Below are positions 13,085-23,045 of a DNA stretch of 24,482 bases, in pieces; the stretch's first letter is position 1; the number at the start of each line of letters is the position of its first letter. The position numbers and the translations under genes are program-made. The DNA comes from Octopus sinensis (lineage: Eukaryota): positions 1-24,482 of the forward strand of contig NW_021836280.1 in NCBI RefSeq assembly GCF_006345805.1, given 5' to 3'. The notes beneath the pieces are model-generated. The model ran no database searches and was not told the DNA's origin. It saw only the letters and a list, made by a program, of their open reading frames with translations.

Positions 13085-13508
13085 GACGGTGGTGGTGGCC
13101 ACGACTGAGATGACGGCTGTGGCAACGGTAACGATAAGGACGACAACGACGACGATGATGAAGATGATGATGATGAGGAGGATCTAGAGTAAAGGGAGGA
13201 GAAGGAGGTGCGGATGATGATGTTGATGATGATGATGATGATGACGATGACGACGACGACGACGATGATGATGATGAGCAAGAAGATGCTGAGCAAAGGC
13301 AGAAACAGAAGATGGCGGAGTAGATGATGATGATGACAATGACGACGACGAGGGCGACAACAGCGCTGATGATGATGATGATGAAGATGATGATGATGAA
13401 GATGATGATGACGACGATAACACCATTATCGGTATTGCCACCACCTTAACCACCACCCAAGCACCACCACCACCAACAACAACAATAACGTCAACATCAA
13501 TAACAACG

Positions 13509-13547
<39 letters not shown>

Positions 13548-13565
13548 GCTACTGCTGCTGCTACT
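13085..13565. repeat. Compound trinucleotide field (GAT/GAC/CAC/TAC)
   Basis: Directly visible. Confidence 0.94.
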
Positions 13566-13814
13566 AGATATCCTTGCAATTATTCTTTCTGATAAATTTA
13601 TGTTCACGCTTGTTTCGCTTCCTGTCTTTTTGAACGCTAATCAAAGAAGATTGGCATTACAACGCCATCTGACGGCCAATCAAGGATCTAATATTGGATT
13701 TCAGTCATGGCGCCGATAGATACGATGGAAAAAAAAAAACATCTTTTGTACAGAAATATTGGAGGTGGATCAGTGCATGCGTTATGATGGGTTTTATATT
13801 AATGCACGTATATG

Positions 13815-14098
13815 TTGTGTGTGTGTGTGCGTGTGTGTGTGCGTGTGTGTGTATGTGTGTGTGTGTGAGAGTGTGTGTATGCATATGAAGTGGGTTGTAT
13901 GTATGTGGTAGTGTAGTTTATTCCTGTGTGTGTATATATTTGTACGGCATTTATCTCTATTAGTATATATATATATATATATATTATATATACATGTATA
14001 TGCATATATACATATATATGTATATATACATATATATGCATATATATATGTATATATACATATATATGTACGCATGCATGTATGCATATGTGCATGTG

Positions 14099-14130
<32 letters not shown>

Positions 14131-14171
14131 GTATATACATACATATATATAAATCTCTCTGTCTCTCTCTG

Positions 14172-14208
<37 letters not shown>

Positions 14209-14684
14209 GTACACACACACATACAGAGGTGTATACATAACGTATGAATGCGTATGCGATTGTATTTATATATACAATATGTATGAATATATTTCTGATT
14301 ATATTCATTGACCGACATATACGCACATAACTGCGCACACGCGTACACATGCGCACACGCACATAACTGCGCACACGCGTACACATGCGCACACGCACAC
14401 ACAGACGCACATATACCTATATACGTATGTATGTATATGTATTTATGTGTGTATGTGTACGTGTATTTATAAGCGTAAGTATATATAGATGAGCATTGTG
14501 CAAATATTGCATGTGCATTTATATGCAATATACATATACACACGCATAGATACACACACACACACGGCCACACACGCACACAGACACATACATATACACA
14601 CACAATCACCCAGTTAGGCATACATATATATATATATATATATACATATACACACGCATAGATACACACACACGGCCACACACG

Positions 14685-14715
<31 letters not shown>

Positions 14716-14777
14716 GACAGAATCACACATAAGTATAAACGATGTTTACATGTATATTTACGTGTGTGTATATATAT

Positions 14778-14810
<33 letters not shown>

Positions 14811-14830
14811 GTATGGATGTGCGTGTGTGT
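13815..14830. repeat. Dinucleotide microsatellite field with local duplications (36-bp unit x2 at 14321-14392; ~45-bp unit at ~14536 and ~14648)
   Basis: ACGCACATAACTGCGCACACGCGTACACATGCGCAC is repeated twice, as is CACGCATAGATACAC...CGGCCACAC. Confidence 0.93.
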
Positions 14831-15152
14831 AATTCCTCACTTTCTTTATTTTCCCAATCCTTTCTCTTTTCTTCTTTTTCTTCTTTTTCTTCTTCCTCAC
14901 CCTCTTCCTACTAGCATCTTTCATGCTTACTCTACCTCCTCCCTCGCCACAATCTACTTTTTTTTTTAGCTTTTAATTTTCATTTATACATACATATATC
15001 AATGCTGCTGCTGCTGCTGCTGTTGTGTTGTTGTTGTTGTTGTTTTAATGCCAAAAGACAAAAGAAAAAAATATATAATATAAGGAAAATGGATCATTAG
15101 AGACGGATTTCAACCAAGTACATAATTGATATTCTTAATGTTTATCGGTCTT

Positions 15153-15246
15153 TGATGATGATGATGATGATGATGGTAGTGGTGATGAGGAGGAGAGGAG
15201 AAGGTGGAGGATGGAGAAGATAACGTTGATGATGTCGATGATGATG

Positions 15247-15281
<35 letters not shown>

Positions 15282-15400
15282 TGATGATGACGACGACGAT
15301 GATGATGATGACAAACGGTGATGATAATGATGACCGTGATGACGACGACGAGGACGATGATGATGATGATGATGATGATGACGATGATGATGATGATGAT
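15153..15400. repeat. (GAT/GAC)n microsatellite
   Basis: Directly visible. Confidence 0.95.
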
Positions 15401-15420
15401 AGTATTAATAATTATCCCTA

Positions 15421-15620
15421 AAGGCTGCGAGCTGGCAGAAACGTTAGCACGCCAGGCGAAATTCTTAGCGGTATTTGGTTGTCTTTACGTTTTGAGTTCA
15501 GATTCCGCCGAGGTCGACTTTGCCTTTTATCCTTTCGGGGTCGATAAATTAAGTACCAGTTGCGTATTGGTGTCGATCTAATCGACGGGCTCCTTCCCCC
15601 AAAATTTCGGCCTTGTGCCA
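15421..15620 (+). mobile_element. Full-head SINE family A copy (tail type B)
   Basis: AAGGCTGCGAGCTGGCAGAAACGTTAGC head, B box-like GAGTTCAGATTCC, central GTCGACTTTGCCTTTTATCCTTTCGGGGTCGATAAATTAAGTACC. Confidence 0.92.
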
Positions 15621-15638
15621 TCGATGTGGCTGTTACTA

Positions 15639-15958
15639 GTGAAGGCGCGTGGCTTAGTGGTTAGAGTTTTTGGTTCACTATCTTAAGGTCGTGAGTTCGA
15701 TTGCCGGCGGCACATTGTGCCCTTAAGCAAAGACACTTTAATTTTACTTTGCTCCAGTCCACTCAGCTGGCAAAAATGAGTAGTACCTGTATTTCAAAGG
15801 GCCGGCCTTGTCACGCTCTGTGTCGCTGAATCTCCCTGAGAACTACGTTAAGGGTACACATGTCTGTGGAGTGCTCAGCCACTTGCATGTTAATTTCACC
15901 AGCAGTTACATTTATCGGATTAACTGGAACTCGCGTCGTCGCAACCGACGGAGTGCCA
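15639..15958 (+). mobile_element. Near full-length tRNA-derived SINE (family B)
   Basis: A box TGGCTTAGTGG at 15650-15660 and B box GAGTTCGATTGCC at 15693-15705. The body continues to ...AACCGACGGAGTGCCA. Confidence 0.88.
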
Positions 15959-16080
15959 GGCTGGTACTATTGTATTTGCTATTGTATTATTGTTGCAGTG
16001 CCCTTGTTGCTGCTGTTGTTATTGTTGCTCTTGTTGCTGCTGCTGTTGTTATTATTGTTGCTGCTGCTGCACCAATTTAG

Positions 16081-16129
16081 CTATATATAACTGATCAGAT
16101 CTCTCCGAGATCTGATCAGTTATATATAG
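16081..16129. repeat. Perfect inverted repeat, 23-bp arms, 3-nt loop
   Basis: CTATATATAACTGATCAGATCTC-TCC-GAGATCTGATCAGTTATATATAG. Confidence 0.97.
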
Positions 16130-16158
16130 TCGAAAGTCTCGCTGTAATCCACATACTC

Positions 16159-16577
16159 CTATTTCTTTACTACCCACAAGGGGCTAAACACAGAGAAGAC
16201 AAACAAAGACAGACAAACGGATTAAGTCGATTACATCGACCCCAGTGTGTTACTAGTACTTATTTAATCGACCCCGAAAAGATGAAAGGCAAAGTCGACT
16301 TCGGCGGAATTTGAACTCAGAACGTAGCGGCAGACGAAATACTTATTTGTTTACTACCCACAAGGGGCTAAACACATAGAGGACAAACAAGGACAAACAA
16401 ACGGATTAAGTCGATTATATTGACCGCAGTGCGTAACTGGTACTTATTTAATCGACCCCCGAAAGGATGAAAGGTAAAGTCGACCTCGGCGGAATTTGAA
16501 CTCAGAACGTAACGGCTGACGAAATACCGCTGAGCATTTCGTCCGGCGTGCTAACGTTACTGCCAGCTCGCCGCCTT
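16159..16577 (-). mobile_element. SINE family A dimer (head-body-tailA-body-tailA)
   Basis: The head ends at 16577, the internal junction is at 16342/16343, and the free tail end ...AAAGAAATAG is at 16159. Confidence 0.93.
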
Positions 16578-16584
16578 ATTAGGT

Positions 16585-16729
16585 ACAGCTCATTCTTGCC
16601 AGCTAAATTGTCTAGAGCATCTTGAAATAGCCTGTCTCGCTCAAGGACACAAAGCGCAGCTGAATATCGAGGTCATGACCTTACTATTGTTAGCTGACTA
16701 CCCTAACCATTTAGCCACGGGCCTTCACC
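16585..16729 (-). mobile_element. tRNA-SINE family B 5' fragment
   Basis: The reverse complement begins GTGAAGGCCCGTGGCTAAATGGTTAGGG and is homologous to 15639-15780. Confidence 0.78.
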
Positions 16730-16999
16730 AATGGCATTAATATTCTTATCTACAAGAGCGTAAAATTGACTCAATAGTAAAAAACATAATCCCGAGCTGC
16801 AACTTTATTGCATAAATAGTAAAATCCAAACAACTTCGAATTATTGGAATTATAACATTATTGTATTTGGTTGACTCCAGCACTGGGGTCCATCAAAACA
16901 CAGCATAATGTTTCAGCTAGAATGGGACAAAACATGATCGAGAACTGGCTTCCAATCACGAGATTATGTATAAATATGAAAAAATAAAGGAGCGATGGA

Positions 17000-18720
17000 T
17001 CTTCTTCTGTCGACTTGACTACTGTCTGGTTCTCTCCAAATTTATATCTAGAATTCAGACATTTAAAATGGCCGTTGAATGTGCATTATGCGACATTTTA
17101 ATGAACAGAACCCAGTTTATCTTCAGAGGCTTTAATATGAGCACAGTGAGAACTCGGTTATTTACATAACAAATATACTTTTTCTGAGCAACTATAACAC
17201 CCTTAGTTCCTTGGATTTGACTGAACATAGGTAATTCCATTCAGGTATTCCTGACAGACACCTCTTTCCTTTTTCTTATCACTCTTCTAGTGTCCAACAC
17301 TCCTAAGCCCTACACTAATCCCTACGCCTAGGTTCTCCTTCGCAGAACATTGACTCTGTAATTCTCTCCTTCCTCATATACTTCCCCCAGGTGTTGTCTT
17401 ACAAACGTTCAAAGAGAACATTAATATCACTGAGTTTCACTGATCGAAGAGGGCCTGCACTAACCTTAGACATTGCTCCTTCCTCTTGACCTAGCTAGCA
17501 CAGAATGGCTGCGAGGCACACCTTTTAGTTTGGTCACTGGTTCATATTCTGCGTTAAATTATAATTCTTTTACTCTTTCTGAAGTAGCGGCTGTTCTACG
17601 CTGAACCTTCATCATAATTATTTAAATCATTATCAAAATGTATTGAATATAGTAACATTGATTTTAAGTGAATATGATTCAAAACTGCAGCGAATTAACC
17701 AACTGAATCGGGATTATGATCCATTACACTTTGTCCTTTTCTCCCCAGGAGGTGTGAAAGTTAGGAACATGATGTTGATGGATGAATAATAACAAAATAA
17801 TTTCATAGATGGATTATTATGCATACATGTTAATGCATCGATTCAGAGGAAGGTTGCCACAAAAGCACATTGTTAATAGCAATAGTAAAGTTGAATAAGG
17901 ACGGCTCCAGTGACTTTGAAAGAATCAGCGGAAAACTAAGAGCAGAATGTCATCAAGAATTGATGCACCAAATGCGACGCCTTCAACCCAAATGGCCGTA
18001 TTTAATGGCTATGTTGTGCGTCAATCTTCTTTTATTGGACGGGGGACTAAGTTCTCTGTAAATTGTTTTCAGGATTCGATATCAATTGTTTGCCGCCGTG
18101 GGAAGCTATATTATTCCTTGCGCTCACATATAATATAAATTCGTTAGAAATTTTTTTTTACATTGTTTGATATATACATCAAAAACCTCGCGTTTGGTCA
18201 GACATAATTTTCAGAGTATTTTGTTTGAGAGTGAAGAAGTTACTAATATATATTTATGAAGACGAATGTATTTGAAAAAGTCAATGGTTTAGTTTACTCG
18301 ATTGAATGCCAGAATAGAAGCCTTCCGCATACAGATAATAATCCAGAGCAACAAGAATAAACATCACACGCTAGATAATTTTAATGTTTGTTGTGCAGAA
18401 TCTCCACGGAATAATCTAAAGTTGTGGAAAGCCATTTTGAAGTGTAATTGGCAAAGTTCTTGCAGCAATCGCTTTCTCAAAGACACCAATGGAAACATAT
18501 AATGATCAAAACGAAATATAAAGGATTACCAAATGCAAATCTCTAATGGAGTTTATCGTTAACCATTCTTTAGACAGAATTATGAGAATGGTTTTGCATA
18601 TGGTAATCGATTGGGTTTTACAATCCAATCCTTGGATCAGCAAATTCTACAATACACATGTGAATGTTGAAATATGTTCATTAATTATGTCCATGAAATA
18701 TATATCTATACTCCAAGATT
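17000..18720 (+). pseudogene. Decayed Helitron Rep (HUH endonuclease) coding remnant; helicase part absent
   Basis: Helitron Rep motifs occur in the expected order across frameshifts and stops: EVAAV (17581), LQRINQLNRDYDPLHF (17685), MDYYAYMLM (17809), GRLPQKHIV..KLRAE, SSFIG, QDSISIVCRRGK, SDIIFRVF, VYSIECQNRSLPH (to 18330; cf. IEFQKRGLPHAH), CAESP, NPWISKFYNTHVNVEICS..KY (~18627-18704). The 17000-17170 portion (..FKMAVE) is less certain. Confidence 0.88.
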
Positions 18721-19235
18721 CGATTACTGCTAAGTTACAGAATACAAGAGGAGAACAGCAAGACAATCAGCACATTTTTGTTTTATACTTCTCCTTGCTG
18801 TTTTCTATCATTTTTTTCTTTTTGTTTTTCTATTTTCTATTTCTTTTTTTTTTTCATTGCTATCACCTCTCATGATGTTTAGCTTTAAATATATTGCATT
18901 CTGCTCTCAAAAGTCGAATTTCTTGTAAGCTCATGAAGAAAGCGGTAACAAGAACGAAGACATGTATCCAAAGAAAAAATGTGCCTCATACCTTATAGTT
19001 TATACGAAATGAACGAGATATGCAAAAATACAAAACTGACTTTTATAAAAATGAAAGAAATAACAAAAAGAAAGGGGAAAAAGTAAGCCGACGAGGGAAA
19101 AAAAGAAGGAGAAGAGGAATAAGTAAAAAGTTATATGGCGATAATAGTATAGATACACTGACTTGTGGGTAGAAAAAGGAACTGAAATTAGAAATCCCTA
19201 ACGACGATCGCTGGTAACAGTCCAAGGTCGACTAA

Positions 19236-19440
19236 TCTCTTATATAAAATCCGTTCTGTGTGTGTGTGGCTTCTAGGATCTCGGAAACCCTCCATCCGAT
19301 TGCGCTCAAATTCGATATGTAGATACCGACGGTATCAGGGCGTGTATAAGTCTTGAAGAAATTTCAAAAATCGATTCCAGGTGAGAATGCTATCGATAAA
19401 GCCGTGGGAAATCGTTTTTCTTTGGAATAGCAAAAATGTC
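19236..19440 (+). mobile_element. 5' end of a non-autonomous Helitron-like element
   Basis: It begins A|TC TCTTATATAAAA, followed by a (GT)n tract and CTCGGAAACC..CCGATT..AAATTCG, the typical layout of animal non-autonomous Helitron 5' ends. The 3' CTRR end was not found. Confidence 0.55.
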
Positions 19441-19485
19441 TATCTTTATTTCTTCTTTTTCTGGTGTCTCAAATTTAGGTTAAAT

Positions 19486-19545
19486 CAGTGTTTCTCAAAG
19501 GGGTGGCCTATGGGACGGTCGGACAAGTTGTTTTGAGAAAATTTG
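19486..19545. mobile_element. 60-bp hAT-type mini-MITE
   Basis: TIRs CAGTGTTTCTCAAA / TTTGAGAAAATTTG match 11/14. Flanks GGTTAAAT (19478-19485) and GTTTAAAT (19546-19553) match 7/8. Confidence 0.55.
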
Positions 19546-19637
19546 GTTTAAATGTTTGACAATTCAGCACCATTAGACGGGGAGCGTTTTGCTCGTATGT
19601 ATATAATAAACCAATACGTTTGTAAGTTGCTATAAAG

Positions 19638-19924
19638 CAGTGGTTCTTAAAGTGGGTAGTACTGTTCTTTTGGGGGCGATGGAAAGATCCACAGGGTTTT
19701 GAAGAAAAGTGGGGCGATAATGGGGTACCCAAAAGGGGGCGATGGATGCAAAAACAACAACAACAAAATAATGGGTTGATTAGGTTAAGTTTTATTTGCG
19801 AAATACAGTTGTTTTGAATTTGCTGAAGAAAGTGGTCTGTACTCGCGATGGTAAGTGGGGAGGGGGCTAGCAATGCTGCTCGGGTGCCAAGGGGCGGTAG
19901 CCTGAAGAGGTTTGGAAACCACTG
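19638..19924. mobile_element. hAT (Charlie-like) MITE
   Basis: TIRs are CAGTGGTTCTTAAA / TTTGGAAACCACTG, with internal GGGGCG(A/G)T repeats and degenerate TA-centred 8-bp flanks CTATAAAG/TCATAAAT. Confidence 0.78.
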
Positions 19925-20162
19925 TCATAAATAAAAGCCGTTCATCAAGGACATGCATCCAGCTGATACTCTTTTGCACAGAAAAAATTATAACATGAAG
20001 ATGTTATAGTTTTATCTATAGACGACTAATAATTTATAATAATATATATATGAAATCGATTAAGGTTGTTCATCAATTTTTCAATCTATGGAGAAACGGC
20101 TAAATTAGCCATGTTTATAAAGGTTCTGTATAAGGTTACATATATTATATCATTTCCTGATT

Positions 20163-20264
20163 CTATAGTAGAAGACACTTGCCCAAGGTGCCACGCAGTG
20201 GGAATGAACCTGGAACCATGTGGTTGGTAAGCAAGCTACTTACCTCAAAGCTACTCCTACGCCT
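20163..20264 (-). mobile_element. tRNA-derived SINE head (family D), inverted relative to the adjacent body
   Basis: Reverse complement reads AGGCGTAGGAGTAGCTTTGAGGTAAG...GGTTCATTCCCACTGCGTGGCACCTTGGGCAAGTGTC, with A/B-box-like motifs. Confidence 0.8.
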
Positions 20265-20481
20265 GAAAAAAGCCCGTCGTAAATGTATGTGTGTGTGTGT
20301 GTATGTTTGTCCCCCACCACCGTTATTGATGTGTTACGATTTTACAACTTCGCGGTACGCAAAAGAGACCGATAAATTGCTAGGCTTTACAAAAATAATA
20401 TGTCCTGAGATCGACTCGTTCGACTAAAATTTTTGAAAGTGTTGCCTCAACAAGGCTGTAGTCAACTGAAACAAATAAAAG
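20263..20481 (+). mobile_element. SINE family D body/tail
   Basis: Homologous to the reverse complement of 23787-24045 (AAAAGAGACCGATA..CTAGGCTT.ACAAA..GTCCTG..TCGACTAAA..ACTGAAACAA.TAAAAG). Confidence 0.8.
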
Positions 20482-20498
20482 CTATACAAATATATATA

Positions 20499-21750
20499 TT
20501 TGGTCGTCAAGTATGAAATTTGTAGTAAGGTATATGATAAACTTTGACAGCTGTTCTTTTTGCGCCGTTATTATATTTTGACAATCTTTATTTTTTGTTA
20601 GAAAGCTGACACATCTTTTTTTTCATTCTAACTCATGGTTCGCTTTATAAAGTATTTATAAATCGTCTTATATTATGTTTGTTTAGAGTTGGGTAAATCG
20701 GAAATTCGTACAGTTTTGAAATATGAGTTCTTTCTTGGAAATACAGCATCACAGACAGCTCGGAATATTAATGGAGTATTTCATTCTAATGTTATTGCAC
20801 AGCAGACAGTATCAATTTGGTTTGGAAAATTTCTTTCTGGTAACCTTGACCCCAGAAATGAGCAACGCGGTCGACCAGAAACAAAACTGGATAATGACGA
20901 ACTAAAAACCACTGTCGAGTCAACCCATCTCAAAGTTCCTGCGAATTACCGTTGTTGTTGTTTGGTGTTAGCAAGCAAACAATATTGACTCACCGAGTTT
21001 AAATCAGTAAAGTGAAAAAGTTGGATGAGTTCCGCATGAACTCAATGAAAACCAGAAGCAGCAACGTCACAAAAATGAATAATTTTTTAATCGAATTGTA
21101 ACGTGATGAGAAACGGATACAATGCAACAACTGTAGACATTTAGCACAATTGTTAGACAAAGACGAGCCACCAAAACACTGTCCAAAAAGCAAAATTCAT
21201 CAAAAGAAGCTTATGTGGTGTGTTTGCTAGTCTGGCGCAGGTGTGATCTATTATGATTTTATAAATGTGGCTCATCAATCACGGACGAAGTATACTGCAG
21301 CCAACTGGACCAAATGATGCAGAAACTTACACAAAAACAGCCTAGATTAGTCAACATATCCACTCCTATTTTAATGCAAGACAACGCCAGACACCGCATC
21401 GCAAAAATGACATTGGCGAAACTACGGGAGCAGCAGTTGGAAGTTCTCCATCATCCATCATACTCAGCTGATCTTGCCCCCACTAACTACCACTTCTTTC
21501 AAAACTTGGATAACTTTTTGATAGGAAAAAAATTTAATTCCGACGATGCTATAAAACTGGCCTTCCAAGATTTTATTGACTCCAGATTGCTAGGTTTTTT
21601 AGTTCTGGGCTGGACAAGCTACCGTTGAACTGGCAAAAGTGTATAGACAATATGGGTGCACAGTTTGATTAATAAAGCTATTCCTTGTATTCATAAAACA
21701 CAAGCAAACTTTTTTTTTCTTTTCTAGAAATTTTATGCTTGACGACCTTA
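20499..21750 (+). mobile_element. Full-length inactive mariner transposon (cecropia/Hsmar1-like)
   Basis: 27-bp TIRs at 20499-20525 and 21724-21750 match 22/27. TA flanks are at 20497-98 and 21751-52. Length is 1252 bp with an internal transposase remnant. Confidence 0.93.
20689..21672 (+). pseudogene. Mariner transposase pseudogene (frameshifts, stops, D34N)
   Basis: N-terminal HTH region (YEF..G.TASQTARNIN.VF...W), RGRP, *VPHEL (WVPHEL), RIVT/DEK, QDNAR, HPSYSADLAPTNYHFFQNLDNFL, and C-terminal WQKCIDNMGAQFD*. Confidence 0.93.
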
Positions 21751-21825
21751 TAATAAAATACAATTTTCCCTTCACAGGAAGAAAAAGAAAAAGGAAATAA
21801 AGAATGAAATTAAGCGTTTAGAGAT

Positions 21826-21957
21826 AATCCATTCTACTATAGGCACAAAACCTGAAATTTTTGTGAAGGGGGCCAATCGATTACATCGACAGCAGTGCTC
21901 AACTGATACTTATCTTATCGACCCCGAAAGGACGAAAGACAAAGTCGACCTCGGCGA
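21826..21957 (-). mobile_element. 5'-truncated SINE family A copy (tail type B)
   Basis: TTCTACTATAGGCACAA...ATCGACCCCGAAAGGACGAAAGACAAAGTCGACCTCGGCG. Confidence 0.87.
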
Positions 21958-22091
21958 CTATGAAGGCGTTGTGCCTAAATTTGAAACCAATATTAACTCT
22001 AGCCGTCTCTTGTAATTTTGTGTTTGTATCTGTTATTTTATGTGTGTGCATATGTGTGTATGTGTGTGTGTGTGCGTGTGTTAAAAATGGA

Positions 22092-22386
22092 AAAGACTAC
22101 CTTCGATCATGAATAACCATGGGATTGCACCTAGAGAGTTACTCTCTGAGGCACAAGTCCGAGAAAGATTGTAGAAGACCAGTAGTCGCCTATGCATATT
22201 AGCCTCGCCTCTCCACGCCACTGATGATGTCCAAGGGAAAGGAAAAGGCCGATACAGCTTGGCACCAGTGATATTCAATGAACTGAATGAACAACTGAAT
22301 GAACAACTGAATGAAGCGGCGCCACGTGAAATAAAGTGTTTTACTACAGAGCAGAACAGAGCCCCATCTAGGAATCGAAATCACTA
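22092..22386 (-). mobile_element. tRNA-SINE with family-B-type head remnant and a different tail; internal 12-bp tandem (CAACTGAATGAA)
   Basis: 22322-22385 matches the family B head region (CGTGAAATAAAGTG...GGAATCGAA). The remainder resembles a remembered octopus SINE tail. Confidence 0.7.
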
Positions 22387-22388
22387 AA

Positions 22389-22469
22389 CACACACTCTCT
22401 ATTTCTGTCACACGCACGCACGCACACACACATAAAACATACATATATACATACATATATATATAATAT

Positions 22470-22500
<31 letters not shown>

Positions 22501-22551
22501 AGTATACATCCATATAAATATAAAGATATATATATATATATATACACGTGT

Positions 22552-22585
<34 letters not shown>

Positions 22586-22849
22586 CCTGGAAATGGATGC
22601 GTGACGTTCAATCAGATAATAATATAAATAATATATATGTGTGTGTGCATATATGAATATATATGGTGTGTATATACATGCATATATACACTCTCTATTT
22701 CTGTCACACACACGCACACACACATAAAACATACATATATATATATATATGTGTGTATATATAAGTATACATCCATATAAATATAAAGATATATATATAT
22801 ATACACGTATATATATATATATATAATATATATATATATATATAATATA

Positions 22850-22916
<67 letters not shown>

Positions 22917-23045
22917 GTATATATATATATACCTGGAAATGGATGCGTGACGTTCAATCAGATAATAATATAAATAATATATATGTGTGTCTGTGTGTGT
23001 ATATATGAATATATATACGTGTGTATATACATGCATATATATATA
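22389..23045. repeat. Tandem duplication of a ~300-350 bp microsatellite-rich unit (2 copies)
   Basis: The unique markers CACTCTCTATTTCTGTCACAC (~22393, ~22689), AAGTATACATCCATATAAATATAAAG and ACCTGGAAATGGATGCGTGACGTTCAATCAG (~22585, ~22931) each occur twice in the same order. Confidence 0.92.

Noticed and set aside
13794-14924. Longest ORF (376 aa) and similar YI/CV/HT-rich ORFs
   Set aside because: These are translations of dinucleotide repeats.
15639-15712. Possible tRNA gene
   Set aside because: A and B boxes are present, but there is no clean cloverleaf and the sequence continues into a SINE body with several decayed homologs in the window.
16064-16145. Palindrome as stem II of a hammerhead (followed by CGAAA)
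   Set aside because: The upstream sequence is CTGCTGC from a microsatellite rather than CTGANGA, and it is not adjacent to the stem.
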